Source: Podarcis filfolensis | Lineage: Eukaryota | DNA length: 64,000 bases | Strand: one strand, 5' to 3' | NCBI GenBank assembly: GCA_964270895.1 | Contig: OZ185436.1 | Shown: piece after piece, positions 1 to 63,172 of the stretch | How the letters are laid out: every line of letters starts with the position of its first letter | How positions within the stretch are numbered: the stretch's first letter is position 1 | Program-made: the position numbers and the translations under genes | The notes under the pieces: generated by a model | Database searches by the model: none | The model's input: only the letters and a program-made list of their open reading frames with translations | What the model was told of the DNA's origin: nothing

Positions 1-3000
1 GCCACCTTTCCCCATACTTTGGATTGTGGAGGATCAGGGTCATCCTTAAATTATCCTGCACAGAGATTGTTTAGGTGACATAAACAGGGAGTTAGGCAAT
101 GAAGTTGTTGCAAAACTGAAGTGTTATGTTCCATGCAGCCTGCACCAGTTGCAATCTAACAGCTGCATTTCTAGTACCTTTTTCAAAGGCAGCCCCTGAC
201 AGACCTCAAGACAGCAGTCTAACCTAGATGTGACTAAGTGTGATTAGGGCAAAGTGTGGTACATCTTTCATGTGCAAAACTAAATCCACATAAGCAGCTG
301 AGTCCTTCAGAAGTTTGGGAGGGGAAAGTGAAAGTAGAAGCTCTGCTGGCTGTCTTTGTTCCTGGCTTAATGATGTTTTCTGTATAGCTTACAGACCAAG
401 CTGCATCTTTGCCATTTGCACAAAGGTGGGATAGGAAATTGCTTGTGGATACACTTAGTCTCAATGTGAATTGGGTGTGCCTTCAATGTGTGATTTGCTT
501 CTCATGGTCATGAATCCAGAGGCAAGCCTCTTAAAACCCACGCTTGCTATCTTGAGCCATACTGTGAACAGTAAGCAGATTGTAAGGTAGGAAAGGGTCA
601 CTCCATGCTGGGCTGCATGCTGGGCTGGTTTGTGTAATACAACATGCAGTTGACCCGCTGGAAGTATTCATGGTTTGTGTATATTCTGTATTATCCCTGT
701 ATTGCTGCATCAGACATCGTCTCACGTCTCTTTTCAGGTCCTTTGTGCTTTTTATCAGTTTAAGCTCATCTTATATTGGCTTAGTTTTTGTTGCCCTGTC
801 CTCTTTTAGCTTTTTGCTCATCCCTTCATTTAGAACACCCGGGCTTTCCTCTTACAAGTCTCTCTCCAAAATTCTCTCCAGGTTTTCCCAAGTCTCATTC
901 TGCACTTTTGCAGAAATGATTTCTTTCTATTTGGTCCTCTTATTTTTTTTTGCCCAGTCCCTGACCTCACCTTGCACTATGCCATATCCCATTCAGTGCA
1001 GAACTCCCTGTTGTTTATAGTAACTAGTACAGAACTGAAACAACAGAATTGGTAAACAGTACTGTTAGGCAGCTGCAGTCCTACTTTTGGGCAGTGGTTA
1101 GGGGATTCTTGCAGCTTGTCTCTTGAAGAATATGTCTAACAGAGATCTGGTGATCCTGTCTTCAAGGTGAACAAATAACAACGACAAGCTATATCCCATG
1201 AAGCAGATACACAGGGTTTTCTTGAGCAGCAAGCAGGGAGGTATTCAAGTTCTTCAGGAGTGTGCAGAGAAGAGTCAAAGGCCACACTTCTTTTCTCAGT
1301 TCCTTCTGCTTTTGGCCCCGATGTTGACACTCTGTGGCCTTGCATCCTGTCCCTCTTCCTTTGCTGCTTCTCCTTGTCTCTCCCCCACCCTCCCTTTCAG
1401 TCCACCTGCGATTTATTTTTAATTTTTTGCATATTGTTAAGCCCTTCTGAGTAATTGTGAATTGGCTACCATCTTATTGCCATGCTGGCTAGGGCTGAGT
1501 ATAGCTTATCATGGCATGGAAAGTGAGCTTAGGCATGCTCTTTTTTCTCCTTCTCCCCTGTTTGTTTGTTTCTTTCTTTCTCTCTCTCTCTCTTTCTCTA
1601 GCCCCTGTAGTCTTCTCCCTGCCCCCAATTGTCGCTGGATCCTGAAACAGCCACGCATGTTTATGGACCCAACCCAATCTGCTGCTGCTGCTGCCTTATG
1701 AATGGCCTATGGTTGGGTGGTGGGACTGATTGAGGTAACTCACACATTGCTCTATTGCTGGCTTTGCCGCTGTTCTGCTAGTAGCAATTGTTTACACTGT
1801 TGACTCTCTATAGTGCATTGGAATTGAGTGGCTATTAAATTGGGGTGTGGTGGGTACCGTCCTACCTAGTGACATGCAGGAACAACTTAAGGGCCGCTTA
1901 TATGGAAAGTTAACTAAGTCATTTGTTGAAACTTGAAGCCAAGTGAGCTTAAGTGAAGTTGGAAATTGTGACTGAACCAGAGAATAAACCAGTTATTCAT
2001 GTCCTTGTAATGCTGGAAATTGGTGGTGGCTGATAAGTGGCTGAGATGACTTCATGCAAACTCGTCTTTTGAGCTCGTTAGACTAGGGATGAGGAACCAT
2101 AGGCCTGTGGGGTATATGTCATCCCTAAGACCTCCCCATCTGGCCTACAGTGTTCCCTTCCTTGCTGCAATTAAATATGAAAAAAAGGCTTTTCCCAGAG
2201 CATTTCAGTTTGCCACAGCTAGGAAGGAAAGTGTTAATACTCCCTTTGCACCAAAACACCCTGTGCTCTGCAATTAAACTTGATAAATAGCCTTCTGTTG
2301 CCCTCAGTAGGTTTTTCTCAAGCCTAATTGTTGTGATGGTCTGTCACAGCCCATTTGCAATCTCCAGAAAATCCATCCCTCCTCCAAGTTGGCTGGGGGA
2401 GTAAATGCATGTGATATGAAGGCAGGTGTGTGTATGCAATCCCTGGAGGGTTTATATCTCATCCTGCTTTAGATCTCATTGCCAAGAGTACAATTGTGTG
2501 TGTTCCTTGCTTGCATTGTAGTAGCACACGTTTCTATTGCAGAATGAGAGCACCATCAGCAGAGCACGCTTTAGATCCTAGCCCAAGCCAGAATTCCATG
2601 CTGGTGTCTTTGTATCTTATGTTAGCATTAATGTACAGCGTTATCAAATTCTAAACACAGCTGTATTGATGTTGTACAAGCTAGTACTAAAAATGGTCTC
2701 TGGTAGGCCATCAAGGACCACTGACTATATTATTAGAAATATATACAGTATACATGAATGCCAGTTGTGCAGGCAGAACCCCTAATAGCAAAGTGTTCCC
2801 AAAGCAAGGCAGACGTGTAGATGGTAAACTGGATTGATTTTAGGCAACTCTAATCTTGCTGTTTTAGTGCTATACTTGGTGGAATTTGGAAAGCAATTCC
2901 CCACTTTGGCTTTAATACTAGTTCCTAAATCGACTTCAAGAACCTCACCTTCATCAGTGATGCCTGGAAGTCTTTTGACATAACAGATATTTTCAATATG

Positions 3001-6000
3001 AATTGTTTCCATCTCTCCTTTTTGGATAGGTCAGATTCCCTGCGCATTTCATGGGTAATTGCAACTGTTTTGGTGTGATGCCTGATGTGTGGAGATGCGA
3101 GTGTGTGTCACTTATCAGGGATGTGTGGGGCTGAGATACTAATCTTGTGACTGAATTGGTTTTTGGTTTTTATTGCCATGTAACTAGATTTATAGATTTT
3201 ACGTAACAGGATGCTATACTTCTATTGAACTCTTGTCCTCTTCATGCATGCCACTTGAGTGCGACAAATACGTGCCAGATTTGAGGTGTGTGCTGTGTAC
3301 AGAAATGAAACTTCTGGAAATTTGGAAACCATGGAAAAACAAACCCCTAGAAATTTTGAGACAAAATAATATATATATAAGTACTTATTCATCAATTTCA
3401 AACTTGAATATAAAATGTATTGTGTAAAGTTAGTACTTTAGCAAACAGTACAATTTAATGAAATTTGAAAAACAAATGCCTTAGTTGTATTTGAGCATCA
3501 ATTACAAATAGGCCTAGAAATAGAGTTACTACCTGCTGAACCTTACATTACATAAAGATAACTTTTTTTTGTAAAAATATGAAACAAATGATCACATAAA
3601 GCAGGAACAATCAGTATTGTGATAAGCAAAATGAAAGTTTTTAACAATTAGGCCTTGAAACAGTCCACCGTCCATAGCATTTATGCAGAAATGGGAAAAA
3701 ACCCCAAATTAATAAAATAATAATAATCTGGAGACACATGAGGGGATAGTGGATTGATACCACATATCACAAGCAAGATTCATATATATCTGCTTTATAT
3801 TCAGGTGGTGACCTTCTCATGCGGGGGTTCTATTCCCAGCCCCCATAAGTGTCAGTGGAGTGCGTATAAGCCTTCATCTGGGTCCAAAAGGACCTGTGCA
3901 TCTGCAATCATATGTCAGTTGGACATTGCTAAAATGGTTGCCGCCTGTATAACAGGATTGAGCTCTTTAGTCATTAGCACACAGCAAGTGTGGAAGGCAA
4001 GGGTAAAAATACCATAAATAAGCCACATGAAACCCTAATTGAACAATAAAGCACACCCTTGAAAATACCCACAATGAAATTTGTTTCTAATCATGATCAT
4101 AGATTCCAATTTCCTTTTCCTTCTCCATAATCCGTGAACTGAAGGTTTGCTGCTTGAAACAATATTTGCATGTTAGCTTGTTTCTTAATTCAGTGTGTAC
4201 TTAATTTGCATCATTTTATTTCATGCTCAAATTTCAAGTGGAGGAATTTGGAGTAGGCATTAAGAATTGTGCATGTCTTCTAGAAGTACCTAACACTTTA
4301 CATCAGAAATTAAGGAAGTAAGATAAAGATGAAACAATATTTTAAAGCCCTGTATTAAAAGGTGTCATTCACATTAGATTGGCTCCAATGCTGGAGGAAT
4401 TACACTCACCTAACAAGATTTCACCTGCCTGTTCTTCCATTCTGCCCCTGCCACCAACATACCTCCAAAATCTGTTCCAGAAGGTTTAGAGACCCTTCAG
4501 AGAAAATTCTGACACTGTGGAAGTCTGTTGCAGATGGGGAGAGGAAGTGAAGTCCCTTTGCTCAAATACAGAAAGCTGCCTAATCATTGGTCCATGTAGC
4601 TCATTATTGTCTACACTGATATATTGGCTCTCTAGGGTTTCAGGCAGGGAGTCTCTCCCAGCTCTACCTGGAGATTAAGCCTGGGACCTTCATCAGGCAA
4701 AGCAGATGCTTGCCCAGTGCTGAGGTTTGACCCTTCTATCCATAATTTCAAAACTGAAAATAGTTCATAAATTTCAGATTTTCTTCCACAGCGTCCTTTC
4801 TTTTTCATTGAAAAATGGAGGGGAAAGGCCTTGAAGGGAGAAGGGCATTCCCCTACCTCCCTATTCATTCTTTGTCAATAGATTTCTGTTTAAGAAGGGG
4901 AGAGGAAGTCACTGCTGAATGTAGTCACTTCTGCTGTTTGAGTGAGAAGTATGCCACAGGCAAGAAGCTTTGCCTGCTCATATTGATGCGGCATTTCTCC
5001 AGCCCAATCTGCTGTTGAATCAGGAAGGCAGAGGGAGGCTTTAATGGGCCTCCTGCCTCAGCCAGTTCTAAGGAGATAAGTAGGCTAGAAATGGCTGGCC
5101 GACAGTTCGCTAGGGCTTTATTGCATCAGAACTGCAGTTCAGTGAATGGCCTGGATTTGAACAGTCTTGTACCTCAGTTCTCAGCTGTTACCATGACATC
5201 CCTTGTGTGACTAGCCCCAGCACTTTGTGTGGTTTTTGTAGGAGCAGTTTAGCCTATAATTGCCTTAAGCCATCTTCAGAATATCTGTGACCTAGAAATA
5301 GTTTTTCTTAGCTGTAGGTCTCACACCACCATCATTTAGCTTGCCCTGGGAAGCGCTAGCAGTCCACTAGATGCCTGCTAATCAGTGAATTGTACAATTG
5401 ACCAAGACAATCTCTTTTCAGTGCTAAGTGAACTTCCATAGCTGTGATGCAGCCTCCAGCTGCATCTGTGTAGGAATTGTCTCTGTCCAGTATGGGACAA
5501 GCTATGTACTGGGAGAAAGTTTGAACATATATATTGGGTTTCACTTCAGCATCATCATTATGTGCTTAATTTGTGCCCAAGCCCAGTACATTTAAAAACC
5601 TGAAATTGGAAATAAACATCAGTATATTCAAAGGGATGTGTACATATTTTGTGGGTAACACCACATTAGTGTATCTGGGAATACTAGTCAACAAGTTCAG
5701 GTCTGTTTAGGAGTTGGACTCCTCATCAGTGAATGTTTGTATTCCAGAAGTGTTGTCCCCTGCCTGTAGGTTTGGGAGCCTAGAACTATGCATAACCATG
5801 ACCTTGCTGGAACTTTCTGAATCCACCTTCTAGTACAGAATCTGGCATCACTCCAATTCTTGGTGATTGGATTGCAAATTTTGAAAACACAGGCAATTTG
5901 TGCAAAACCACTTGACCTGGATGGAGCATATAATGGCTAGGTCATTCAACATGTTCTATCACCCTATCTCAATGTCCAATGCAATGGACCTGGCCATTCT

Positions 6001-6919
6001 CCCAAGACACTTTTCTGTTCATTAGCATCATAAACATCTTCTCTGTCTCTACCACACTAAAAGTAGCTAGGGGGTTGCATCCAGTTATATTCTGCTAATA
6101 AATGGTTTCTTGATCCATCAGAGGCTTATATGAATTCCCCCTGCCCTCTGCAGTCCACTGTGTGCACACACATTCCAGAGAGTTGGGGAGCCCTTGAAGT
6201 GTGTGGGGGGAGGGCCTTGGCAGGAGAAAAGGGGAATTTGCAAAACAGGACTTCCATTCACTGAAACCTCTACTTGAATGAACAGCTTACTGTGGGTGTA
6301 GGGCACAATTATATAGATTGAACCAATGGGAATTCCAATTCATTGGCAAAACTAACTAACTCTGAAACACTTCTGTCACTCTGCAACTTTTGAATAATTG
6401 AATTTGAGACCTATTTCTTAGCTATTGTAACACAGCCCACAGCAAAGATTTAACTAGCTCTGTGAGCCACCTAGTCCTTCTTTATGTAATTCATTTTTGC
6501 TTTTCTTCCGGGTTGCAGCAGCAGGAGAGTGTCCCACATTTGCATGCAGCCTAGCTCTGGGGACTTGTGGTAAATTATGAGTCCCCTTCTCTAGTTTTTC
6601 AAATGGAGATTAGGTCTAAGAGCAAGAGGTAGAAACAGGGGTTGGTTTGGTATTTGTGTGGCAGCCGGGAGCACCTATACATGGAGGTGTGATGTTTGGT
6701 CAATGCATATTGTGCGTTTTATACTTCTCATAGCTTTCTGATAGACTGGAAAACTTGGATGATAATTTCTGTGTTTGGTTGTGTGGTAATGCTAAGGCAA
6801 CATACCATACAAAGTTATTTATGCACACCTTGATGGTAGTGAAACATTAGTAGTTTACAAGAAATATTAAAATTATCAGTTTAAAAGATTAAAAAATGTC
6901 AACATCTGTGACTGAACAG

Positions 6920-7050
6920 GCTTGTCTAAACAAAAATGTTTTAAGCAGGTGGGTGTAAACAGGATACACTAAAGGTGTCTGTCTGGTGTCAGTAGGCAGG
7001 GAGTTCCAAAGTATAGGTGCTGCCACACTAAAATACCCATTTCGTATAGC
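6920..7050 (-). mobile_element. Degraded LINE (L2-like) 3' fragment
   Basis: The motif ggcagggagttccaaagtataggtgctgccacactaaa is the reverse complement of the tggaactccct motif also seen at about 13705. Boundaries approximate; family assignment from recall. Confidence 0.4.
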
Positions 7051-7501
7051 CAAATATGCTTACAAAGCATTTGGTGTATTTCCAGATAAGCAAAAAGCCC
7101 TGTTACCCCTGATGACAGCCCCAAAGGCAGATGTTTCTATTAAATATATAGAAAATACATGTGTACTTTGCCTTTTTGCAGCTAGCCCCCAAAATTATAC
7201 AATTGTAAAATATAAACAAACATACCAAAATGGAAAACAAATGGAAGGAGACTATCCTGAAAGGAGACAGAAGTGTCTATCAAGGGACTTGCCCTTGCTG
7301 CATGCATTTTGGGAACTGAACTATTGGCCTTTAGTTTGCAGGATTAACAGTCCTTTGGATTTTCACAATTCAGTTTACACACTTGGCTAGCCCTTGCAAG
7401 ACAAACAGTTCAGCATTGCATGTGTTTGTGACATGGCGCAACAAGTGCAGTTTTTATCTGTCGGTACTTCTTGTTGACCATTTTCTCTTACTGTTCCACA
7501 G

Positions 7502-7592
7502 GGCAGTCAATGGCTTTGACCAAGGCCCACCACCAGGTCTAGGAGGGTCCAGACCATCATCAGCACCAGGCATGCTCCCTCTGAGTGTATGA
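7502..7592 (+). CDS. NDEL1: NDEL1 terminal coding exon (last exon of a gene that starts left of the window)
   Basis: Pyrimidine tract and acceptor ttttctcttactgttccacag|G at 7500-7501, then GCA GTC AAT... = [29 protein letters not shown] (TGA 7590-7592). This closely matches the recalled vertebrate NDEL1 C-terminus ([27 protein letters not shown]). NDEL1 is the known tail-to-tail neighbour of MYH10. Confidence 0.93.
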
Positions 7593-8369
7593 ATGGGTTG
7601 CAAGGCCATGATGGGACTCTAATTAGTTCGTGAAGGAACAAGAGCTGCTTGCAAAACTTTTCCGTTAGTGCCCCCTGCTGGAGCTGAGTGGGTTGTAGCA
7701 CTCAGAAGCTGCCTGGAGAAGATCCCAGCACACACAGAGCACTCCTTATGTCAATACAGTCTATTTTCTTCTATTTCCATCGTGGACGTTCTTTAACGTG
7801 GTCACCGCTGATGTCTGTCTCACAGGATGCTGGAGTTGCACTTGCCTAAATCACCTTCTCCTGCTGCCCCACCCTCCAGTTTTGTACCTCTGCTAAGTTG
7901 GGCCTACTTTGATGCTGGATGGCCCCTTAGCAACTCCTCCACCTCCTCCCACTGCTCCCCAAACTTTGCACATAGGCACACAGGATCCCAGTGCTGTATT
8001 TCTTTTCCCCACCCTGCCCCCTTTCTGGATGAGACAGTGAGACAGCTCATATTCAAGGGAAGCCAGGGAAGGCCTAGAACTTCTCTGGCCAGCTGATACG
8101 CTTGAGATGCAGGATGAACCTGTATGGACCTTCCATACTCCCAATGAAATGATGATGTATCCAATGGGCTTGAGACCTGATGGAGCAGCCCTGCTAAAGA
8201 TCTAGCTGTGGTATCTCCTCTGTGGAGCACAAGAAATGTGTGTGTTGTGCAATTATGTCTCTGTTCACCAAAGCTGGTAATTTTTAAAGTAGAGCAACAC
8301 CCCTGTTTAATTTTTTAAAAATTTTAGTCAGCTTCATCGTATGCTGCTGGCTTTTGTCTATCTTATTTC

Positions 8370-8375
8370 AATAAA
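8370..8375 (+). terminator. Probable NDEL1 polyadenylation signal (AATAAA); 3' UTR approx. 7593-8400
   Basis: AATAAA at 8370-8375 followed by a G/T-rich stretch (gtggtttggggctctggcttctt), about 780 nt after the stop codon. Confidence 0.6.
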
Positions 8376-9880
8376 CCAGTGGTTTGGGGCTCTGGCTTCT
8401 TAGTGAGATTTAGTGGGAATTGCCTAAGAGCAAGGGAAAGAGAAGGGAGTAAAAGCCAGAGCAGGCTAGGGGCAAATTGCCACTCACAGCTTGGATTTTG
8501 TCAGCCCTTTTCTTGTGTGTCCTTTGCTGCATTTACTGTTTACATTTGTTTTACTGTACATAGGTTTGTAAACATAATATCTTTGCCTAAGATATTTGTA
8601 CATAACTTGGGCTTTGTAGCTTTATTTATTCAGAATCTCTGAGGCATGTTTTCCCTAGGACAGTGTATCAGATTTCTGTGGTGACTGCCATCCTGTGGTT
8701 CAACGAGAGATGGTCCAAAAATAAAGATCTTTTAATGTGGACACATTGGCTTTTGCAGAAAAGATGCTTCTGCCTATGCTTTGTGTGTTGTTTTGGTGAG
8801 TGGGTGGTGTCGCTGTGGAGCAGGCTCTTCCCCTTATAAAGTTGATACAAGTTCCCTTCCACAGCTGTGGCTAGCTGTCAGTAGAGGGTAAATACGGGAG
8901 TGAGTGCATCTACAACTAGATGTGGAGGTGGTCTGATCAAAGAGCACCCTTTTTCATGTGTTTTGGAATTGTGGGAGCCAGGGAGGGGGCTCTCTTCTCC
9001 TACATGCCTAACCTATGTTGGATTCCTGCAGCACATGACAGGTGCCAGGAAAGACTAAGTTACACTAAGAACTAACTAAGAAGAGTACTTAAAACTTGTT
9101 TAATGTCAAGATGGCAACTGAACAGAGAATTCAGGTTTGATGGGTTTCTAGTAAGATTTCCAGCCAAAATCGAAACTTTCTGCATGGTGCTTCACTACTG
9201 TCAACAATCCACCATGATTGGCAGTAGCATGTGCTCCTATTCATCTTCATAGTTTCTTATCTTGAAGAAAGTACACACCCAAAAGACCCAAGCTTCAGGT
9301 AGGCCTTTTTCTCCTAGATGTAAATACATCAGTAATAATGGACCAATCCACTACTTCTGTACTGTCACAAGTGGTGAGTGGGTACTACCTTAAGTTATAC
9401 ACCAGTTGCAAAGCTATTATCTTCATTACACACTGCTACAAGAGTAAACACAATCTAAAGGGAAAGGGATTTTGACAGGTTGATGCCACATCTGTCAACC
9501 TTGGCTTACAGATAAAAGGTTTTCCCTTGTTCTAAATTAAGGAATGGGGGAGGCAGCATCCCCCCCCCGTTATTGTGACTAGTATTCCTTGCATTATGTA
9601 TTAGTTGCTGAACTCGGCACACCTGTTTCTCAAATGCTAAAAGAATTTAAAACCCAAGAAAATAAATTATTGAAGTAACTCGATGCCTATCACTTACTAC
9701 AACTTAAAAATGATTCAGTATTTAATATTATTGTCAACATTTACTTTTATAGCACCATCAGTTTATCAATAGGGACAAACCGGCAAGTTTCATTTATTCA
9801 TTTCTATCTTGATTTCGGGAGGGAGAGCATCTCTTCTAAGTAAGCAGCCCAAGCATGAATGAGTCTCTAGAATGAATAAA

Positions 9881-9886
9881 TTTATT
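9881..9886 (-). terminator. Probable MYH10 polyadenylation signal (AATAAA on minus); 3' UTR approx. 9860-11240
   Basis: tttatt at 9881-9886, about 1.36 kb downstream of the MYH10 stop. A second minus-strand AATAAA is at 9793-9798. Confidence 0.55.
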
Positions 9887-11240
9887 GTCTTACAAAAATC
9901 ATTGTCTAGAAATATGGAGATACAAAGAAACAAGGTATTTGCAGTCAGATGCCTGGTGGTCAACAGCCAGTTAGGATTAAGAAATACCCAAATGCACAGA
10001 AACAAAAGCTTTATAACGGATGTTAAAGCTTGTAACCAAAAAAAGTATTTTTTTCAAGCATGTTGCAACAGATCAAGATTTCATAGTTAACACTGATTCC
10101 TCATCACTGAATATCAATACCACTTGGACTAGAGAAGATGTGTATGTAACATGATATGATAAAATTAATACATTAAATCATTGTTATAGGCAAATTATAT
10201 ATGTAACATTGTCTTAGTACTGTAGTGTCTAAGGCACTTTCTGTAAATGTCAGTTCACAGCTATGAAACAATAAGGATGCTAAGCTAGGTGCAGTTAACA
10301 CTGTCCAAATGAAAGCCGAAGAAAGGGAGAGAGCAGTTCCACAGGCTGTATCCATTTACAGGCAATGTCCTCGTGCTATCCTCTGGCAGACACACTGATC
10401 TTGGGCATCAAGATAGCTGGCAAGAGCGGCTCTAATCTTAACACTTCTATCCCCAGCAAGGAAACAGTTGCTGGGTAGCTGCGGGGGGGGGGGGGGTAAT
10501 CCAATTCCCAGGCTGAGACTATCCAATTTGCACTGAGCACTATTAATAGTACTGTACTGAAGAAAGTGGTTAGTATCTTATTTGGTCTCTAATCTGCCAG
10601 GACATAGCACCAACCCAATTTGGAGGTCCCATGGTTGAAGAGTGCTCATTATGTAGCACCAACTGCTGGCTAGTAGAGATGCTACTCTCAGCTGTACGTT
10701 ACCCCCTGAAGCCCCTCAGGGCGTTTTCACAGTCAATGACCTAAATCTATTGTAAAATGATCAGGAAAAAGGCGCAGTCAGGGCTGGTACAGAAGCAGAA
10801 CTTTGGAGACCAAAAGAAAAGCAAGTGATTGCTATACAGCTAAACATGCATAGAAAAGGGGAAGAGGCAGGTGTCAGAAACTTCTGCTTGGGAATGGTGT
10901 ATCAGAAGGGACAGAGGGGTAATCCTATCACCCAGTGCCTTAGAAAATGGCTTTACAATGGATACCTTGAAGACAAAGAGCACTGAATGAAGACAGTTTT
11001 AATACATATAAAGAAGCAGTGGTACCTATATCCAAAGCAGGCTACATCATGGCAAAGCCAGGCAGCAGTATGCTGGGGCTGACCTGCATGACCAGGTAGT
11101 GTGCCAGTGTTGCCTAAGGCAAGTCTAGGGCCACAAGGCAATTTGGTGGCCAGTAAGGGCCTCTTCTCCTCTTCCAAATGCATGGAGCGAAAGTCACATT
11201 GGCGGGAATACCCGCTGTAAGATATGGTGTGGGGGAAGCT

Positions 11241-61053
<49,813 letters not shown>

Positions 61054-63036
61054 CTGCAAAGGAAAAGGGAACGATTTATGATTGACATTTTGGTGCACAT
61101 ATTTTGCTAATAAGGTACGCAGAGACAGAAAACTCGAGAGGAGGGAGAGTAAAGGTGACAAGAATTTGCCAGGAATAGCTAGAACCTTAATATTATCCAA
61201 ACGCAAATTCTCACCTCTGTAACATCCATCCACAACCCCCCTAATTTTTAAATCAAATCACCCAGACAAGGTGAGTGTCTGGTAGGCACATGTATATATG
61301 CAGTCCTTCAGGCACCCTCGATTTAAACTATGGAAGACTTATAAGGTTAAAACATGCCCTGAATTGAGCCTGAAAGTGGTGTTAACGTAAACAAAGGTCA
61401 TACAAGGTACTAACCGAACAAGGTTTGACCTATATGCTGCCAAGGCTCGCTATTTTATACTACCGCTGACAAAAGGGCTCTCTGCATAAGTCCACAGTAG
61501 AGAGACAAGAATGTCACCACTTCAACAAGCCTACCATACATCCCCCCCCCCTTTGGAGCTACCAGCCTTTTGGGGACAAGTAAGCAAATTTGGAATTTTG
61601 AGCAAGTGCCATGGGCACCAGTCACACAAAGTGGCTGCTGTAGGGGTAAAGCATAACACAGAATAGTTATGGCATTTTTTAAAAAGACAGGAGCACAAAA
61701 TAGTCACACCACCAGTGGGAAATACCTATATTAGCTGCAACTTTCTTTGCTCAGAAAGCAGCTCATTGCACCTCTCCTCTGTTAAGAATAGATGGGAATG
61801 TGGATGTCCAGTCCTGGCATCTAATAAAATATGGGCATGTTTCAGAGGTGTGTGTTCAGTGTAGGAGAGGGCTGAGCAAGTGTAAACAGGAACTGAGCAG
61901 GAACAGAAAACAGTTTCTTGTGCATTGTGGATTTCTGAAGGCGTATTTACTGTGACCTCACAAAGGCACCATGGGAGGTACAGCCTGTGACTGCCGAAAT
62001 GGCCGGAAAACCTCATATGCAAGCAAAGCAAAGAAAAATAACTATTTGAACAACTATACAACCTAGCCTCCTCTGGAAAGAGCTCTTTCAGCAAATATTG
62101 TTGAAGTTTGGTATCGAGGTGCCAACCAGTCTCATTTCACCATACCTTTTTTCTCATTTCACCATACCTTTTTTTTTTCAGGGACTGCTCATACAATGTA
62201 TATATTTTCGACATAACCAGCTGGTGAAAGATTTGAAATGAAAACTCGTAATTTTAAAATACTGCCTTAAAGGTGATGTGTCGTGTCAGATACAAGCCCT
62301 ATCCACTTAGAAAGATTAATGTTTAAACTTATATTTGTAGAAGAAATGTTAGCATATTGAAAAGCACACAGAGATATAAACTAATGTAGTACCCTTTGGG
62401 AATCCTTCAACAATAAGCAGAAATAAATGCAGCTGTTACACATCACTTTGACATTCATGGAACACAAAAATATGGTTATGTTATAGCAGCAGATAATTTA
62501 TAGGGCTGTCTATGTCTGCACAGAGCAAAGGATGGAGACTTAAGCATTATTTCCTTTAAAGAAAATTTATAAAGGCTGCTAGAATGCTTTTGCCTCATTT
62601 CTGCCACCAACAGCAGACTGCAAACTGAGCCAGGAGTAGAATATGAAGCAAGAGAAGAGCACAGTTTGGACTGGGCTTCTGGGGTAATTTAGAAAATAGA
62701 AATAATGAAAAACAAAGCAAATGGCTGGAGATACTTTGGAGTAACTAGTAGACTGTGCTACACAACATATGACTGTGCTACACAACATATGAGCTTTTCC
62801 ACCAATTTCCCTAGTGATCAGAAGATTAATTCATTCTTTACTAGCCACAAAAATCTTGGGCAAAGGGAGACTTACTATTACAATTTGTATTCTAATTCAC
62901 CATCAATGCATGGGCAGCAACTTCCACTTTTCCCTCTTTATTAGCATTGCTCTTCATTTTTTTAAATTTTTTTTTTGAGGGAGAGGACAGTGTTTAACAT
63001 TAAGCCTTGTAAAGACAAAAACCCAAGTGTTTAGAC

Positions 63037-63172
63037 CAGGCATCCCCAACCTTCGGCCCTCCAGATGTTTTGGACTACAATTCCCATCATCCCTGACCAC
63101 TGGTCCTGTTAGCTAGGGATCATAGGAGTTGTAAGCCAAAACATCTGGAAGGCCGAAGGTTGGGGATGCCTG
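63037..63172. mobile_element. hAT-type MITE, 136 bp, with perfect 8-bp TSD (opposite orientation to the 60515 copy)
   Basis: CAGGCATCCCC...GGGGATGCCTG; TSD gtttagac at 63029-63036 and 63173-63180. Confidence 0.9.

Noticed and set aside
670-1020. 116-aa hydrophobic ORF
   Set aside because: This is pyrimidine-rich low-complexity intronic sequence; the translation has no recognisable domain.
6519-6569. Possible in-frame 51-nt NDEL1 cassette exon (ttgcag|CAGCAGG...TTGTG|gtaaat)
   Set aside because: It is phase-compatible, but the donor is weak and the peptide is not recognisable. Splice-site look-alikes of this quality are common by chance.
10483-10496. G14 run (C14 in the MYH10 3' UTR)
   Set aside because: Similar G/C homopolymers occur repeatedly in the introns (e.g. 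near 9560, 41330, 45935); nothing marks this one as functional.
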